Shown here: in pieces, positions 49,721-61,600 of the stretch
How positions within the stretch are numbered: the stretch's first letter is position 1
Layout: each line of letters begins with the position of its first letter
Assembly (NCBI GenBank): GCA_030390025.1
Contig: CM059432.1
Span: 70,372,001-70,436,000, forward strand
Direction: 5' to 3'
Length of the DNA stretch: 64,000 nt
Source: Squalus acanthias
Lineage: Eukaryota
Made by a program: the position numbers and the translations under genes
Notes under the pieces: model-generated
The model's database searches: none
What the model was told of the DNA's origin: nothing
The model's input: the letters and a program-made list of their open reading frames with translations, nothing else

Positions 49721-50309
49721 ACCAAACAAACATCATCAAACATCAGTACAGAGACAGAGTTTGGGGATCATTACGACAGGTATAGCAGTATTCTCAAGAC
49801 TAAAACAGAATTCTTGGCCAACTGCAAGAACAGAAACAAATAGATGTTATGATCGCATCAAGTTAAAAAAAATACAGCTTAGAGAAAAGTTAGTTATTAA
49901 GCTTAAAACAAGTCATCACAAATCTTACAGCAGACAATATTAATTCGTACATAGTGGGATTATAACTAGATTTCTTAGGACCAAAAATGTGGAGGCTAAC
50001 CATTCATGAAATACTGCACTCCTATATCTTCAGTTGACATCCTCTTTCTTAGCCAAATAAATCCAGTTATGTTATATAACAGTCTGTACCTACTCAATTA
50101 ATAATTTTGTCCTACAATTGTAATTTTAAATCAAAAGTCACAAGAAATGTTAACATTTTCCACCGTAATACTCTAAAGCGCATGATATAACAGGCTAACA
50201 GAGATTCAAAACAGTATTTTAAAACCACTACTATGGTACAATGTGAATTTGAGGTGCACACAGCAAACATTTGAAAGTTCAAGAATGTCAATATTCCTGC
50301 AACTTTCCT

Positions 50310-51575
50310 AGAGTCATAGTGCCATAGTTATACAGCACAGAAAGAGGCCCTTCGGCCCATCGTGTCTGCGCCGGCCATCAAGCCCTGTCTATTCTAATTC
50401 CATTTTCCAGCACTTGGTCCGTAGCCTTGTATGCTATGGCGTTTCAAGTGCGCATCTAAATGCTTCTTGAATGTTGAGGGTTCCTGCCTCTACCACCCTT
50501 TCAGGCAGTGAGTTCCAGATTCCAACCACTCTGGGTGAAAAAGTTTTTCCTCAAATCCCCTCTAAACCTCCTGCCCCTTACCTTGAAACTATGCCCCCTG
50601 GTTACTGACCCCTCTACTGAGGGGAAAAGTTCCTTTCTATCTACCCTATCTATGCCCCTCGTAATTGTGTACACCTCAATCAGGTCCCCCCTCAGCCTTC
50701 GCTGCTCTAAGGAAAACAACCCCAGCCTGTCCAGTCTTTCTTCATAGCTGAAATGCTCCAGCCCAGGTAACATCCTGGTGAATCTCCTCTGCACCCTCTC
50801 TAATGCAATCACATCCTTCCTATAATGTGGCGACCAGAACTGCACACAGTATTCCAGCTGTGGCCTAACTAGCGTTTTGTACAGCTCCATCATAACCTCT
50901 CTGCTCTTATATTCTATGCCTCGGCTAATGAAGGCAAGTATCCCATATGCCTTCTTAGCCACCTTATCTATCTGTCCTGCTGCCTTCAGGGATCTATGTA
51001 CATGCACACCAAGGTCCCTCTGATCCTCTGTCCTACCATTCATTGTGTATTCCCTTGCCTTGTTAGTCCTCCCAAAATGCATCACCTCACACTTTTCAGG
51101 GTTAAATTCCATTTGCCACTGTTCTGCCCATCTGACCAACCCGTCTATATCGTCCTGTAGCCTGAGGCTTCCCTCCTCGCTATTTACCACTCCACCAATT
51201 TCCGTGTTATCTGCGAACTTACTGATCATACCTCCTACATTCATATCTAAATCATTAATGTACACGACAAACAGCAAGGGACCCAGCACCGATCCTGCGG
51301 TACACCACTGGACACAGGCTTCCAGTCACAAAACAACCTTCGACCATCACCCTCTGCCTCCTGCCACTAAGCCAATTTTGGATCCAATGTGCCAAATTGC
51401 CCTGGATCCCATGGGCTCTTACCTTCTTGACCAGTCTCATCAAAAGCCTTACTGAAGTCCATGTAGACTACATCAACTGCACTACCCTCATCCACACACC
51501 TAGTCACCCCCTCAAAAAATTCAATCAAATTGGTTAGACATGATCTCCCCCTGACAAAGCCATGCTGACTATCCT
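50310..51575 (-). mobile_element. CR1 LINE, 5'-truncated; an older minus-strand CR1 follows at ~51630-52460
   Basis: 262-aa RT C-terminal ORF 50501-51289. Confidence 0.9.
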
Positions 51576-52592
51576 GTCATCACTAGAGAAAAAAAATGAC
51601 AGATTTTCACAAACATGGCAAACCTTATGCATAGAAATTACAACACAGAAACAGGCCATTCGGCCGAATCAGTCCATGTTGGTGCTTAACCTCCGAGCGA
51701 GCAAACACATTTACCCACCGTTTCCATATCTCTTCAACCCCTTTTCCTTCATCCACCTATATGATCTAATTTTGAATGTTAACATAGTTCCACATCCTCA
51801 CAATTTTCTGTGTAAAAATGTTTCTCCTGCCCTCTGCTCTATTTCTTACATTTGAACATATCTATGGCTTCTCGTTCTGGACCCAACTACTGGAACCAGT
51901 CTGCTTCAATCTACCCTACCCATCCTTTCATAATTTTGAACACTTCTAGCATATTGTCCCATAATCTACAATGTTCAAATGAAAAAAAAATATTTTAAGC
52001 ATTTCTTTGTATTTGTATTTCCTCATACCAGGCAGTATCCTACTGAATCTGCATTGTACCCTCTCTAAAGCCTCAAAATCCTTCCAATAGTGTGGAGCCC
52101 AATACTGCACACCTAATCTAGGTTTTATAAAAGGTTGTGTATTGGCTCATCATTACCTCTTGGTTTTCATATTCTATACCTCTTGATAAACTTAACAGCC
52201 TCATCAATCTGAGATGCTATCTATAATCTCCTGTGAACCAGTACCCCCATATCCCTCTGCTCTTCCACAGCAATGAATCTAATTCCCGAGTATAATTACT
52301 GTTTTTTTTAAACCAACATGCATCACCATACACATACTGACATTGAATATCATCTGCCACTTTTTAGCCCATTCCCCAACCTTATCAATTTCCTTTTGCA
52401 GCTTCCTTTGGTATTCTAAGGAATTAACTATACCTCCTATTTTGGGATCACCTTGGAATCCCTGAAAATACATGAGTCGGTGCTGAATAATGAATAGTAG
52501 TTTTTCAAGATTGCAACCAGTTCTACTCTGTAGTCAAACTTTGAATTACACAGTAAATACTGCAACAGTTTCCCGCAGTAATTTGACATATT

Positions 52593-53278
52593 GGGCCGGA
52601 ATTTGCGGTGGGTAATAATGGCGAACTAACAGCGTTCGCCATTATTACCCCTTTGAACAGACCGCAACTTCAGGATGTAGCACCTGCTCATCTAAATGCG
52701 GAAATCCTGAAGTTGCGGTCAGTCATTCACTGCTCCGACACTGGCTGCGCTGTGCTTCCCTCACCCCCCCCACCCCAACTCAACCCATAGCCGGCAATCC
52801 GTGTAATAAGTGGATTAGGTGTAAATGTTAGGCCTTGTTGGATTAGGTGTAAATGTTAGGCCTTGTTGAATTAGGTGAAACGAACGTTATGGCCCTGAAA
52901 AACTAATTTTACTTTTGTGGAGTGTCAAATTTATCCATTTTAATAAAGATTACAATTTTTAAGAAACTTTGAAGTATGTGCATTATATTTCAGGTTCTAC
53001 TTTATCCCCACGAGAGCCACAATCTTTGTTTTGCTCTCTAACATTTTTTTTAAAAAGTCGGAGTAAAAGCAGGTTCTCATTTCCTGGTTCCCTGTGAGAA
53101 TTCTGCAATGTGATTGGTTGTTTAGACAGCTTGTTGATGTCACAGGGAATTGCCACGACACTGCACTGGAATCACTTATGCATCAAAAAAGGCAAACTTC
53201 TCGCCACAGAGATGGGCAGCTTTCTTCGGGGCCAGCGGCGAACACCTTTGCTTCATCACTGACCACAAATTCCAGGCC
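52593..53278. mobile_element. Non-autonomous TIR element, family A, with ATT target duplication
   Basis: att|GGGCCGGAATTTGCGGT ... ACCACAAATTCCAGGCC|att. A further end fragment lies at 18638-18706. Confidence 0.8.
52811..52877. repeat. 28-bp tandem repeat x~2.4 inside the TIR element
   Basis: TGGATTAGGTGTAAATGTTAGGCCTTGT repeated head-to-tail. Confidence 0.9.
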
Positions 53279-55590
53279 ATTATATGCACTGAAGCATATT
53301 GCACTGCAGAATACTGTAGGCAACCCTTTGCAGCTGGCCACTGGAGTCAGCATCGCCATATCTGTGAGGATATTAGTTCCAAGAATTAATGTTATAAGAT
53401 CATACACAACTTGTATGCGTTTCTGCCAACACACTTTCTTAGTAAAAATATATGTATGTTTGTTATTAACCAATCACCAAGAGATATGAAGCAAGCACTC
53501 ATTGCCGACAAGTGCATTATTTGTTGGTGGAGACCTTTCATCTGATGTGATTAGACTTTCACTTTTTTTCCTCTTTTGATTGAGAAAATGTACTGTCGCA
53601 GAAAGGAGCCAAGTAAAATTATAAACATACAGCAAGAAACAAAAAAGAACAGTTTACATTTCTCCTTATTTACAGAAAGATGCCTCAAACATGGTGTAGG
53701 AAAAAAAGTGGACACCAAGTAGGAGCTGAAAAGGGGACACAAAAAATGGGTTAAACAAAGTTTTTTGGGGGAAACTTTTGAAAGAGGAGAGGAGGACAAT
53801 ACAAAGGGATTTAAGGTGGGGGTTCCAAAGGGCAAAGTGGCTGAAAAAGCACCCACCAATGATGGGATAGATGGAGTGGGAACTGTGGCTGGTGATCATT
53901 GAGGATCTGAGTCAACTCACTGGAATATGAGAGCCAGTGAAGCTCCACAAGGATGGGAGTGAGGGAGGGAACACAGACTATGGTGTTATGACTGAGTTGT
54001 AGTTGGTGGAATGTGGAAGCAGAGTGGTTGGCAAGTTAATCCTTAAGGTGAAGCAGGCATGGATTTTGGTTTCAGCAGCAGTGGGAGAAAGGTAGGGATG
54101 GAGGTGGGTGATGCTTTTGGAGGTGAAAGAAAATATTCTTGGTAATGGATCAAGTGTGGAGATCAAATCTCAGCTTGGGGTCTAGCAGTACATCAATGGT
54201 TCTGCAACTTTGGACCTAGTCTGAGATGGGACTAGGGTGCTTGTAAAAGTAAAGGCCAGAGGCACGGCACCCAGCATTGACCCTAAAATCCAGACTGCTG
54301 TAGATGAGACAAGTAAAACTGTGGCCTCACTCTTAGGAAAAAAAAAACTGCACAAAATAAAGGTGACCATCACTTATGCTAAAATCTAGATTTAGAGAAT
54401 GCATTTCAGCAGACTTGATTGGTTGAATAGCCTGTTGCTGAGTTGTAGCATTCTATGATTCTAAAAGTGACAGATTGCAAACGTTTGGAGCTGTAAGTTT
54501 TTAATAACAGTCAGCCTCTAGTGTAAAGCTTAATTTTTTCATAAGAAGTCACACACAGCATCAGTACTTTGTTACCTGCCAGATTTTATCACAACGAAGG
54601 CAACATGTACTAGAGCTGATTAGTGTACCTCATTAGGAGTGGTTCATTTTAGTATTAAAAACTTACATTTTGAAGCATGTCACCCTTAAAAAGAATACAC
54701 ACCTCCAAATGCTTGCAATCTCTGTCACCTTTAGAATCATAGAATGCTACAGCACAGCAACAGGCTTTTCAACCAATCAAGTCTGTGCTGGTGTTCTTTT
54801 CTACGATTCATCTAGTCTCAATTTGCTGCTTGGTCCCTATACACTACAATATTTCCTAATTCTATCCAATTCCCTTTAAAATTAATTGACAGACTTCAAC
54901 AATGGTTTGAGACAGAGAATTTCACATTTAACCACCCTGTGTAAAAAGAATCTAAATACCCCCTTTAATTTTTTTTATCTTAAATTTGTACCCTTTCATT
55001 GACCCACAACAATTGCCACTCCTAACATTTCACCAAGGCTGACAGCTTTGATTTTTAAACACTATAATTTTACTATAGATTTCCTCAGAGAATATCTAGT
55101 TCTAAGCCAGCTTATCAGAGGTACAGAATGGAACATTGCCAAGGCATTATTTTGTTGTTAAAGGTCATATCCACAAGATGTCAACTGAACTCTAAAGGTG
55201 TTCTTATTGTCGCTCCACAAATCTATCTACCTATATAAGATCTTGGTAATAGGAGTCAAACAAATTCCAGTTTACCAACAGAACTTTCGGAATTTAATCA
55301 TGTAGACAATGAGTCTGAATTCCCCCTTGCACAAGAACCTTTTGTGCTACTCCCCCCTCAAGCAGGACATGAACACTGAAGTTGGGATGTGTTGGTACTG
55401 AATACAAAGCCAGAGTACCTTTCAGTGGGGAGAATGTTTTACTAAACATCATTCTAGAAACCAAAAATAGTAATCTTATTTGTGCATAATGTAACATTCA
55501 ACAAAACTGCTCTTTTCAGCTGAGAAGTTAATATACTTTAAGTCTCACTTTCAAAAATAACATTCATATTCATTAGGAATGACCACTTAC

Positions 55591-55662
55591 CTATATCTCA
55601 AAATTCTGATGCCATCCATTCCCAGTGCAGAGTCCACAAGTGGTTTGAGGTGCACTAGAGCA
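55591..55662 (-). other. TMEM68: Candidate TMEM68 5'UTR (non-coding) exon, 72 nt
   Basis: Flanked by tttatttatccag| and TAG|gtaagt in non-repetitive sequence between the promoter and the first coding exon. No transcript evidence. Confidence 0.5.
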
Positions 55663-56099
55663 CTGGATAAATAAAACATTAAACCATTGTTCATGCTGCA
55701 GCATATGTAAAATTGCAGATTTTTGCACACCATTACAGTTATACTGTTGCTATATTATACCTAAGGGGAAAATTTGGCTCTTTATAACTGCAACACAGTA
55801 TTTTAAAAAACTACCTTTAAACCAATTCTTGGAGGATGTTTGCACGACAGATTGCAGTACTGTCCAGTGCAATCTCATAAGAGCCTCTAGACACAAGCAC
55901 ACCCACGTACATCTTTGAACCCTATTTTGATTGACAGTTTTGACTATTGTGAATGACTGCGATGATACCCTTTTGATATTTCTTTCTTTGTCCCAGTTTA
56001 AACTTCAAAGCAAAGGGAGAGTTATAGCTGGGTCAGATCATTGATTAGTCTACCTGTTGCTATTTGGGCAGAGTAATGAAGGATTATGTTAAGAATTTT

Positions 56100-57310
56100 C
56101 CTCGCATCCCTCTTCCCCTCCAACTCTCACAACCCATCTCTGTCGCCCCTCACTCCAATGTGCTCCCCCCTCTCCTCCTCCCCCTCCACCCCCATCTCTC
56201 TCCTACCCTTTCACCCCTCTCTCCGCCACCCCCTCTCCCCCCCCCCTCCCTCTTCTCTCCCCTCTCTCCCCTCCCCCCCCCCCTCTCCCCTCCCCTCCCC
56301 CCCCCCTCCCCTCCCCTCCCCCCCCCTCCCCCCCTCCCCCCCTCCCCTCCCCTCCCCCCCTCCCCTCCCCCCTCCCCCCCCCCCTCCACCCTCCCCTCCC
56401 CCCCCCCCCCTCCCCTCCTCCACCTCCCCCCCCCTCCCCCTCCCCCCTCCCCCCCTCCCTCCCCCCCCCCCCCCCCCTCCCCCTCCCTCCCCCTCCCCCC
56501 CTCCCCCTCCCCCCTCCCCCCCCCCCCCCCCCCCCCCCCNNNNNNNNNNNNNNNNNNNNNNNNNNNNNNNNNNNNNNNNNNNNNNNNNNNNNNNNNNNNN
56601 NNNNNNNNNNNNNNNNNNNNNNNNNNNNNNNNNNNNNNNNNNNNNNNNNNNNNNNNNNNNNNNNNNNNNNNNNNNNNNNNNNNNNNNNNNNNNNNNNCCC
56701 CCCACACCCACCCTCTCTCTCCCCCCCACACCCACCCTCTCTCTCCCCCCCACACCCACCCTCTCTCTCCCCCCCACACCCACCCTCTCTCTCCCCCCCA
56801 CACCCACCCTCTCTCTCCCCCTCCCCACACCCACCCTCTCTCTCTCCCCCCACACCCACCCTCTCTCTCCCCCCCACACCCACCCTCTCTCTCCCCCCCC
56901 ACACCCACCCTCTCTCTCCCCCCCACACCCACCCTCTCTCTCCCCCCCACACCCACCCTCTCTCTCCCCCCCACACCCACCCTCTCTCTCTCCCCCCCCA
57001 CACCCACCCTCTCTCCCCCCACCCACCCTCCCTCTCTCTCCCCCCCACACCCCCTTCTCTCTCTCCCCCCCACACCCACCCTCTCTCTCTCCCCCCCACA
57101 CCCACCCTCTCTCTCTCCCCCCCACACCCACCCTCTCTCTCTCCCCCACACCCACCCTCTCTCTCTCCCCCACACCCACCCTCTCTCTCTCTCCCCCACA
57201 CCCACCCTCTCTCTCTCTCCCCCACACCCACCCTCTCTCTCTCCCCCACACCCACCCTCTCTCTCTCTCTCCTCCCCCCCCCCATCATCCCACTCACCCT
57301 CCTCCCTCTC
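56100..57310. repeat. C/T-rich low-complexity tract, assembly gap (N 56540-56697) and ~24-bp minisatellite CCCACACCCACCCTCTCTCTC(TC)CCC (56698-~57270)
   Basis: Direct reading. Confidence 0.95.
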
Positions 57311-57379
57311 CCTGTGACGCCGTTTCTCTAATTAGCTCCTCCATCGTTTACCATTCATGAACTTCCTGTCAAAGGGATA

Positions 57380-58030
57380 TCTTAACGGCTGCAGCCGGCC
57401 TCACCTACCTCCTAGGCCTGCCCCTAGCTTCAGGTTCGACTGCAGGCTCCACCTGTCACAGACCAGCAGCTGCTGTCTCGAGCCCCGCCGGGGAGCTCGC
57501 GCGCGCCTCACTCACTGCAGCTGCGCACTCGGGCACTTCCGGTGAGCAGGGTCAGAGGCGCGAATCGGTGGAAGAGCGCACAGACTGACCTCACTCACCG
57601 GAAATAGGAGCCGCGGCTGCCGGAAGTGTACGCGCAGGCGGCCGGGGAGCAAGAGCTGGAGCGTGGCGACGCTGAGATGCGATGAGAGGCAGCATGTGTG
57701 AGAGCTGGAACATGGTGGCGGAAATCTTCCTCTTTCTGGAAGGTTTCGGTGGTGAAGCAGAGCAGATCCAGTGCTTCTGCAGTAGGGCCTTCGTACAGTA
57801 AGTCAGTGGCGCGGCTTTGCCGAAGTTTGTGCGCGGACCGACAGTCCGAGTTATTGACCGCCTGTCCTCGCTTCCAGTTGCGGCGTGTCTGCTTTTCCCC
57901 ACCAACGCTCCAAACTGCACAGACTTGCGATACGTAAGAACCATAATGTGAGCCCAGATATAGCAAACCTTCACCCGCCCACGCTCCAGAAGTCGCTTCT
58001 CGTGCAGTAAGCTCACTCCCACGTTACTGC
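57380..58030. promoter_or_regulatory. CpG-rich bidirectional promoter shared by TMEM68 and TGS1
   Basis: Local CpG enrichment. ETS/GABP-type sites CACTTCCGG 57534-57542, CCGGAAAT 57598-57605 and CCGGAAGTG 57620-57628. Minus-strand donor candidates for TMEM68 exon 1 ending at 57599, 57516 or 57409. Confidence 0.8.
57694..57797 (+). CDS. TGS1: TGS1 (trimethylguanosine synthase 1/PIMT) exon 1 coding part; remaining exons not found in the window
   Basis: MCESWNMVAEIFLFLEGFGGEAEQIQCFCSRAFV resembles the recalled TGS1 N-terminus (..W..VAEMFLF....I.C.CSRAFV). Donor CA|gtaagt at 57797/57798, phase 2. Head-to-head with TMEM68, as in mammals. Confidence 0.9.
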
Positions 58031-59227
58031 ATTGATTTGGCACAGTGGGAAGAACAACTGCATTGGGTTTATTACCCCTCCTCCTCCTCCTCCCTCTAAC
58101 GGTGCTGAGCGACCACACTTCTTTTAACTGGTAACTGCTACGAAAACAGATCACAGGAATGAAGCAAAATGTGGGACAGACCGGAGGCTTGGGGAGCATC
58201 TGCTTGGTCAACCATTCTCTATTGGGGTTTCTGTCTCCTGTTAGAAGGAAAGAATCCTGAGTCCAACGTATAAAAGCAGACCGTCAGACGTTAGACATTG
58301 GGGTGGGGTTTCAAGCAACCCTGTAAACATCATAGAACCCTAGGTCAGTATATTATATATGTTTACTACCTCCTCTGTGTTCTTTCCCACGCCCTGTGCT
58401 CAACAGTTTAATAATTGCTATCAAGTAGATCTAATTACTGGGTGGATAGAAAAATGAACACTTTAACGAAGCATGAATTTCTTCTGATTCTTGGATCCCC
58501 ACAATTGTTGCTACCCGAGCCAGCTATTGAAGCTTGCTCTAGCTAAAGAAGATTAATGAGCACTGAAATGAGTCAACAGCACAAGATGTGACTGCTAAAG
58601 TTCTGAAAGTATGCACCCACTTGGGTGAAACTTTGAGGGAGCAAAATTGAGGTGTAGGATACTTGTCTATCCGCCCCAGTCCCGATGCTCAGCTTGCCTC
58701 TCCACATTTGCCTGTGTAACAGTCACACCATTCCAAAAGTAACTCAGTGTGATGGCTTTGAGGACTTTTGCTGATGTGATATGTAAATACATTTTATATC
58801 ATTCCTGCATGATACCTGATGATCACATGTACTATAACAACTTAGACTTCTATAGTCCATTAGCATAATAAAATGTCCCAACGTCTTTGAGGTGAAAAAA
58901 AGTAACTGGATACAGTAGTAGTGGGAGAAGAGTTGGGGTGGTGACCAAAAACAAAACCAGATATAGATTTTAAGGAGGATTTTGAAGATTGGGCAAGGTC
59001 TCAAGACAGGGATTTAGGGAGAGTGTGAGGCTGAAGCCTTTACTACTAAAGATGGAGGGAAGGGGTGCAAAGAGGCAGGGGATGTTTGTTGGAACATAGT
59101 TCTGAATGAGGTGGCAGAGGTAAGGAGGCAGGGACTTACGAATGAGGGCAAGAATTTTGTAATTCATGCATTGAGCCATGGGGGGGACAGCGATAATAAA
59201 GGAATTGTACTGAACTTCTAGATAGGA

Positions 59228-60030
59228 TTTTTAAAAATTCATTCATGGGATGTGGGCATTGCTGGCAAAGCCATTATACATCCCTAATTGCCCTTGAGAA
59301 GGTGGTGGTGAGCCGCCTTCCTGAACTGCTCTAGTCCATGAGGTGAAGGTACTCCCACAGCGCTGTTAGGGAGGGAGGTCCAGGATTTTGACCCAGTGAC
59401 GATGAAAGAACGGTGATATATTTCCAAGTCAGGATGGTGTGTGACTTGGAGGTGGTGGTGTTCACATGCACCTGCTGCCCTTGTCCTTCTAGGTGGAAGA
59501 GGTCGCGGGTGCTGTCGAAGAAGCCTTGGCAAGTTACTGCAGTGCATCTTGTAGATGGTACACACTGCAGCCACGGTACGCTGGTGATGGAGGAGGAAGT
59601 GAATGTTTCAGGTGGCAAGCGGGCTGCTTTGTCCTGGACGGTGTTGAGCTTCTTGAGTGTTGTTGGAGCTGCACTCATCCAGGCAAATGGAGAGTATTCC
59701 ATCACACTCCTGACATGTAGGTGGTGGAAAGGCTTTGGGGAGGTGAGCCACTCACTGCAGAATATCTTGTAGCCACAGTATTTATGTGGCTGGTCCAGTT
59801 AAGTTTCTGATCAATGGTGACCCCCAGGATGTTGATGTTGGGGGATTCGGAGATGGCAATGCCGTTGAATGTCGAGGGTCGGTGGTTAGAGTCTCACTTG
59901 TTGGAGATAGTCATTGCCTGGCACTTGTGTGGCGCGAATGTTACTTGCCACTTATCAGCCCAAGCCTGAATGTTGTCCAGGTCTTGCTGCATGCGGGCAC
60001 GGACTGCTTCATTATCTGAGGTGTTGCGAT
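59228..60030 (-). mobile_element. Second copy of the same non-LTR family
   Basis: Collinear with 4912-5569. Confidence 0.8.
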
Positions 60031-60614
60031 GATGGAGTTTTGGACAAGGTGCATTTTGTGATGGGTGGAAGGAGAAGAGTTATTTAATTGAGTCTGGGGA
60101 TGACGATGGATTTTTCCAGCAATATGAATGAGGTAGAAGTGGAGTCTGGTGATACTACTTGAACAGACAGCCAGAGAAATGGATGCTACCTGTGGCTGTC
60201 AAAATCTCTCATGCTGCAGTTCTGGCAACAAGCCTGTTGTAGTTGCCTTTGCCTCTGTCAGCATGGATTCATTGACAAAACTTGGCAGCTAACGTTTAAC
60301 TTGCCCTATGCCAGCACTTAAATAACCAATTCAAATGGTCCAGGCGTTACCCCCCATCAGTCACCTCTACGAATGCAGTAAGTTTGATTTGGCTGAATTT
60401 CTCGTTGCAAAGGACAAGCAGACCACTGGGTGGCAAGGAAAGCCTGCCTTGGCAGGGGCTATGATCTCAGATTGGGGTATCATTGCACCCTCAATTTGTG
60501 CACTGGAGGAATAGTTGCTCCCCAATGAGTGTTTTGTTCCCCCACCTAGATATATAGATCAACCAATGATTGAACACCAGAATGTGCACAAACAATAGTG
60601 GGTAAATGTCATTG

Positions 60615-61105
60615 CCCATCTATCTGTTGTGTTTGCCGTAAGGCAGGTCCTAATTCAAGTCTCAAACACGATATTCTTGTGCCACTTATTAGGGAAGAGT
60701 AGCTGAGGTGGTTTCCCGTTGCCTTCCTCTTTGAATACCTTCTGTTAGGTGGGCTGCAACCAAGGATAAAGCACTTCACTATCTCTTACGATGATGGGGG
60801 CCGCCCGCACCCATGAAATGCAGGTACCCCTGCTGGACATCAATCCAGTATTCCGAGCCGGCGCTCCAGTCTCCGCTCACCGGGGTTGTCTGAAGTGGGG
60901 CCTGAACCCAACCCTTCTGATTCAGAGATGGCAATACTGCCACTAAGCCAGTGGTCACTGTCAGACGTCATTGCCCTGCTGGATGCCAATCCAGTATTTC
61001 GAGATCATATTCTAGCCTCTACTCGCCTGGGCTGTCTGGAGTGGGGCTCGAACCCGTCACACTCTTGACTCGGAATTCTACCACTAAGCCAAAGGCTCAC
61101 TCCCC
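60615..61105 (-). mobile_element. Dimeric tRNA-headed SINE, copy 2
   Basis: TGGCTTAGTGG...GGTTCGAGCCC and TGGCTTAGTGG...GGTTCAGGCCC; 3' part GGAAGGCAACGGGAAACCACCTC. Confidence 0.78.
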
Positions 61106-61117
61106 TAAATGTCACTA

Positions 61118-61600
61118 TGTAGGAACAGCAGTAGACCATTCAGCGCCTCGAGCCTGTTCCGCCATTCAGTTAAATCATGGTTGATTTGTATCTTAACTCC
61201 ATTTACCCACTTCGGTTCCGTAACCCTCAATGCCCTTGCCTAACAAAAAATTCGAGTGATAATCTATCTATCTCAGTTTTGACATTTTCAATTGACCTAG
61301 CCTCAACAGCTTTTTGGGGGGGAATGTTCCAGATTTCCACTACCCTTTGTTTGAAGAAGTGCCTCCTGACATCACCCCTGAACTGCCCAGAACTGAACGC
61401 AGTACTCCAGGTGGGGTCTAAGAGCTTTATACAACTGGAATATAACTTCGAACCCTTTGTATTCCAGCCCATTTGAGATAAAGGCCAACATTCCATTAGC
61501 CTTTTTAGTTATTTTTTTGCACCTGTCTACTAGTTTTTAGTGATTTCTGTACATGGACCCCTAAATCCCTCTGCTCCTCCACATTTCCTAGTTTCTCCTC
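61118..61600 (-). mobile_element. CR1 3' fragment with internal deletion
   Basis: Tail at 61118-61190; RRHFFKQRVVEIWN. Confidence 0.8.

Noticed and set aside
49721..49729. ORF-track start MFG upstream of MATAD
   Set aside because: It is a TTG start. The ATG at 49720 gives a length matching recalled vertebrate TMEM68.
52811..52877. 28-bp direct repeats as a CRISPR array
   Set aside because: Head-to-tail with no spacers; eukaryotic context.
56064..57360. Long Pro-rich and Gly/Glu/Arg-rich ORFs (346-424 aa) on both strands
   Set aside because: Artefacts of a stop-free low-complexity repeat spanning an N gap; open in nearly all frames.
57591..58211. 206-aa and 123-aa minus-strand ORFs and a 79-aa plus-strand ORF over the promoter
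   Set aside because: No recognisable protein. These are GC-rich shadows of TGS1 exon 1, whose real frame starts at 57694.
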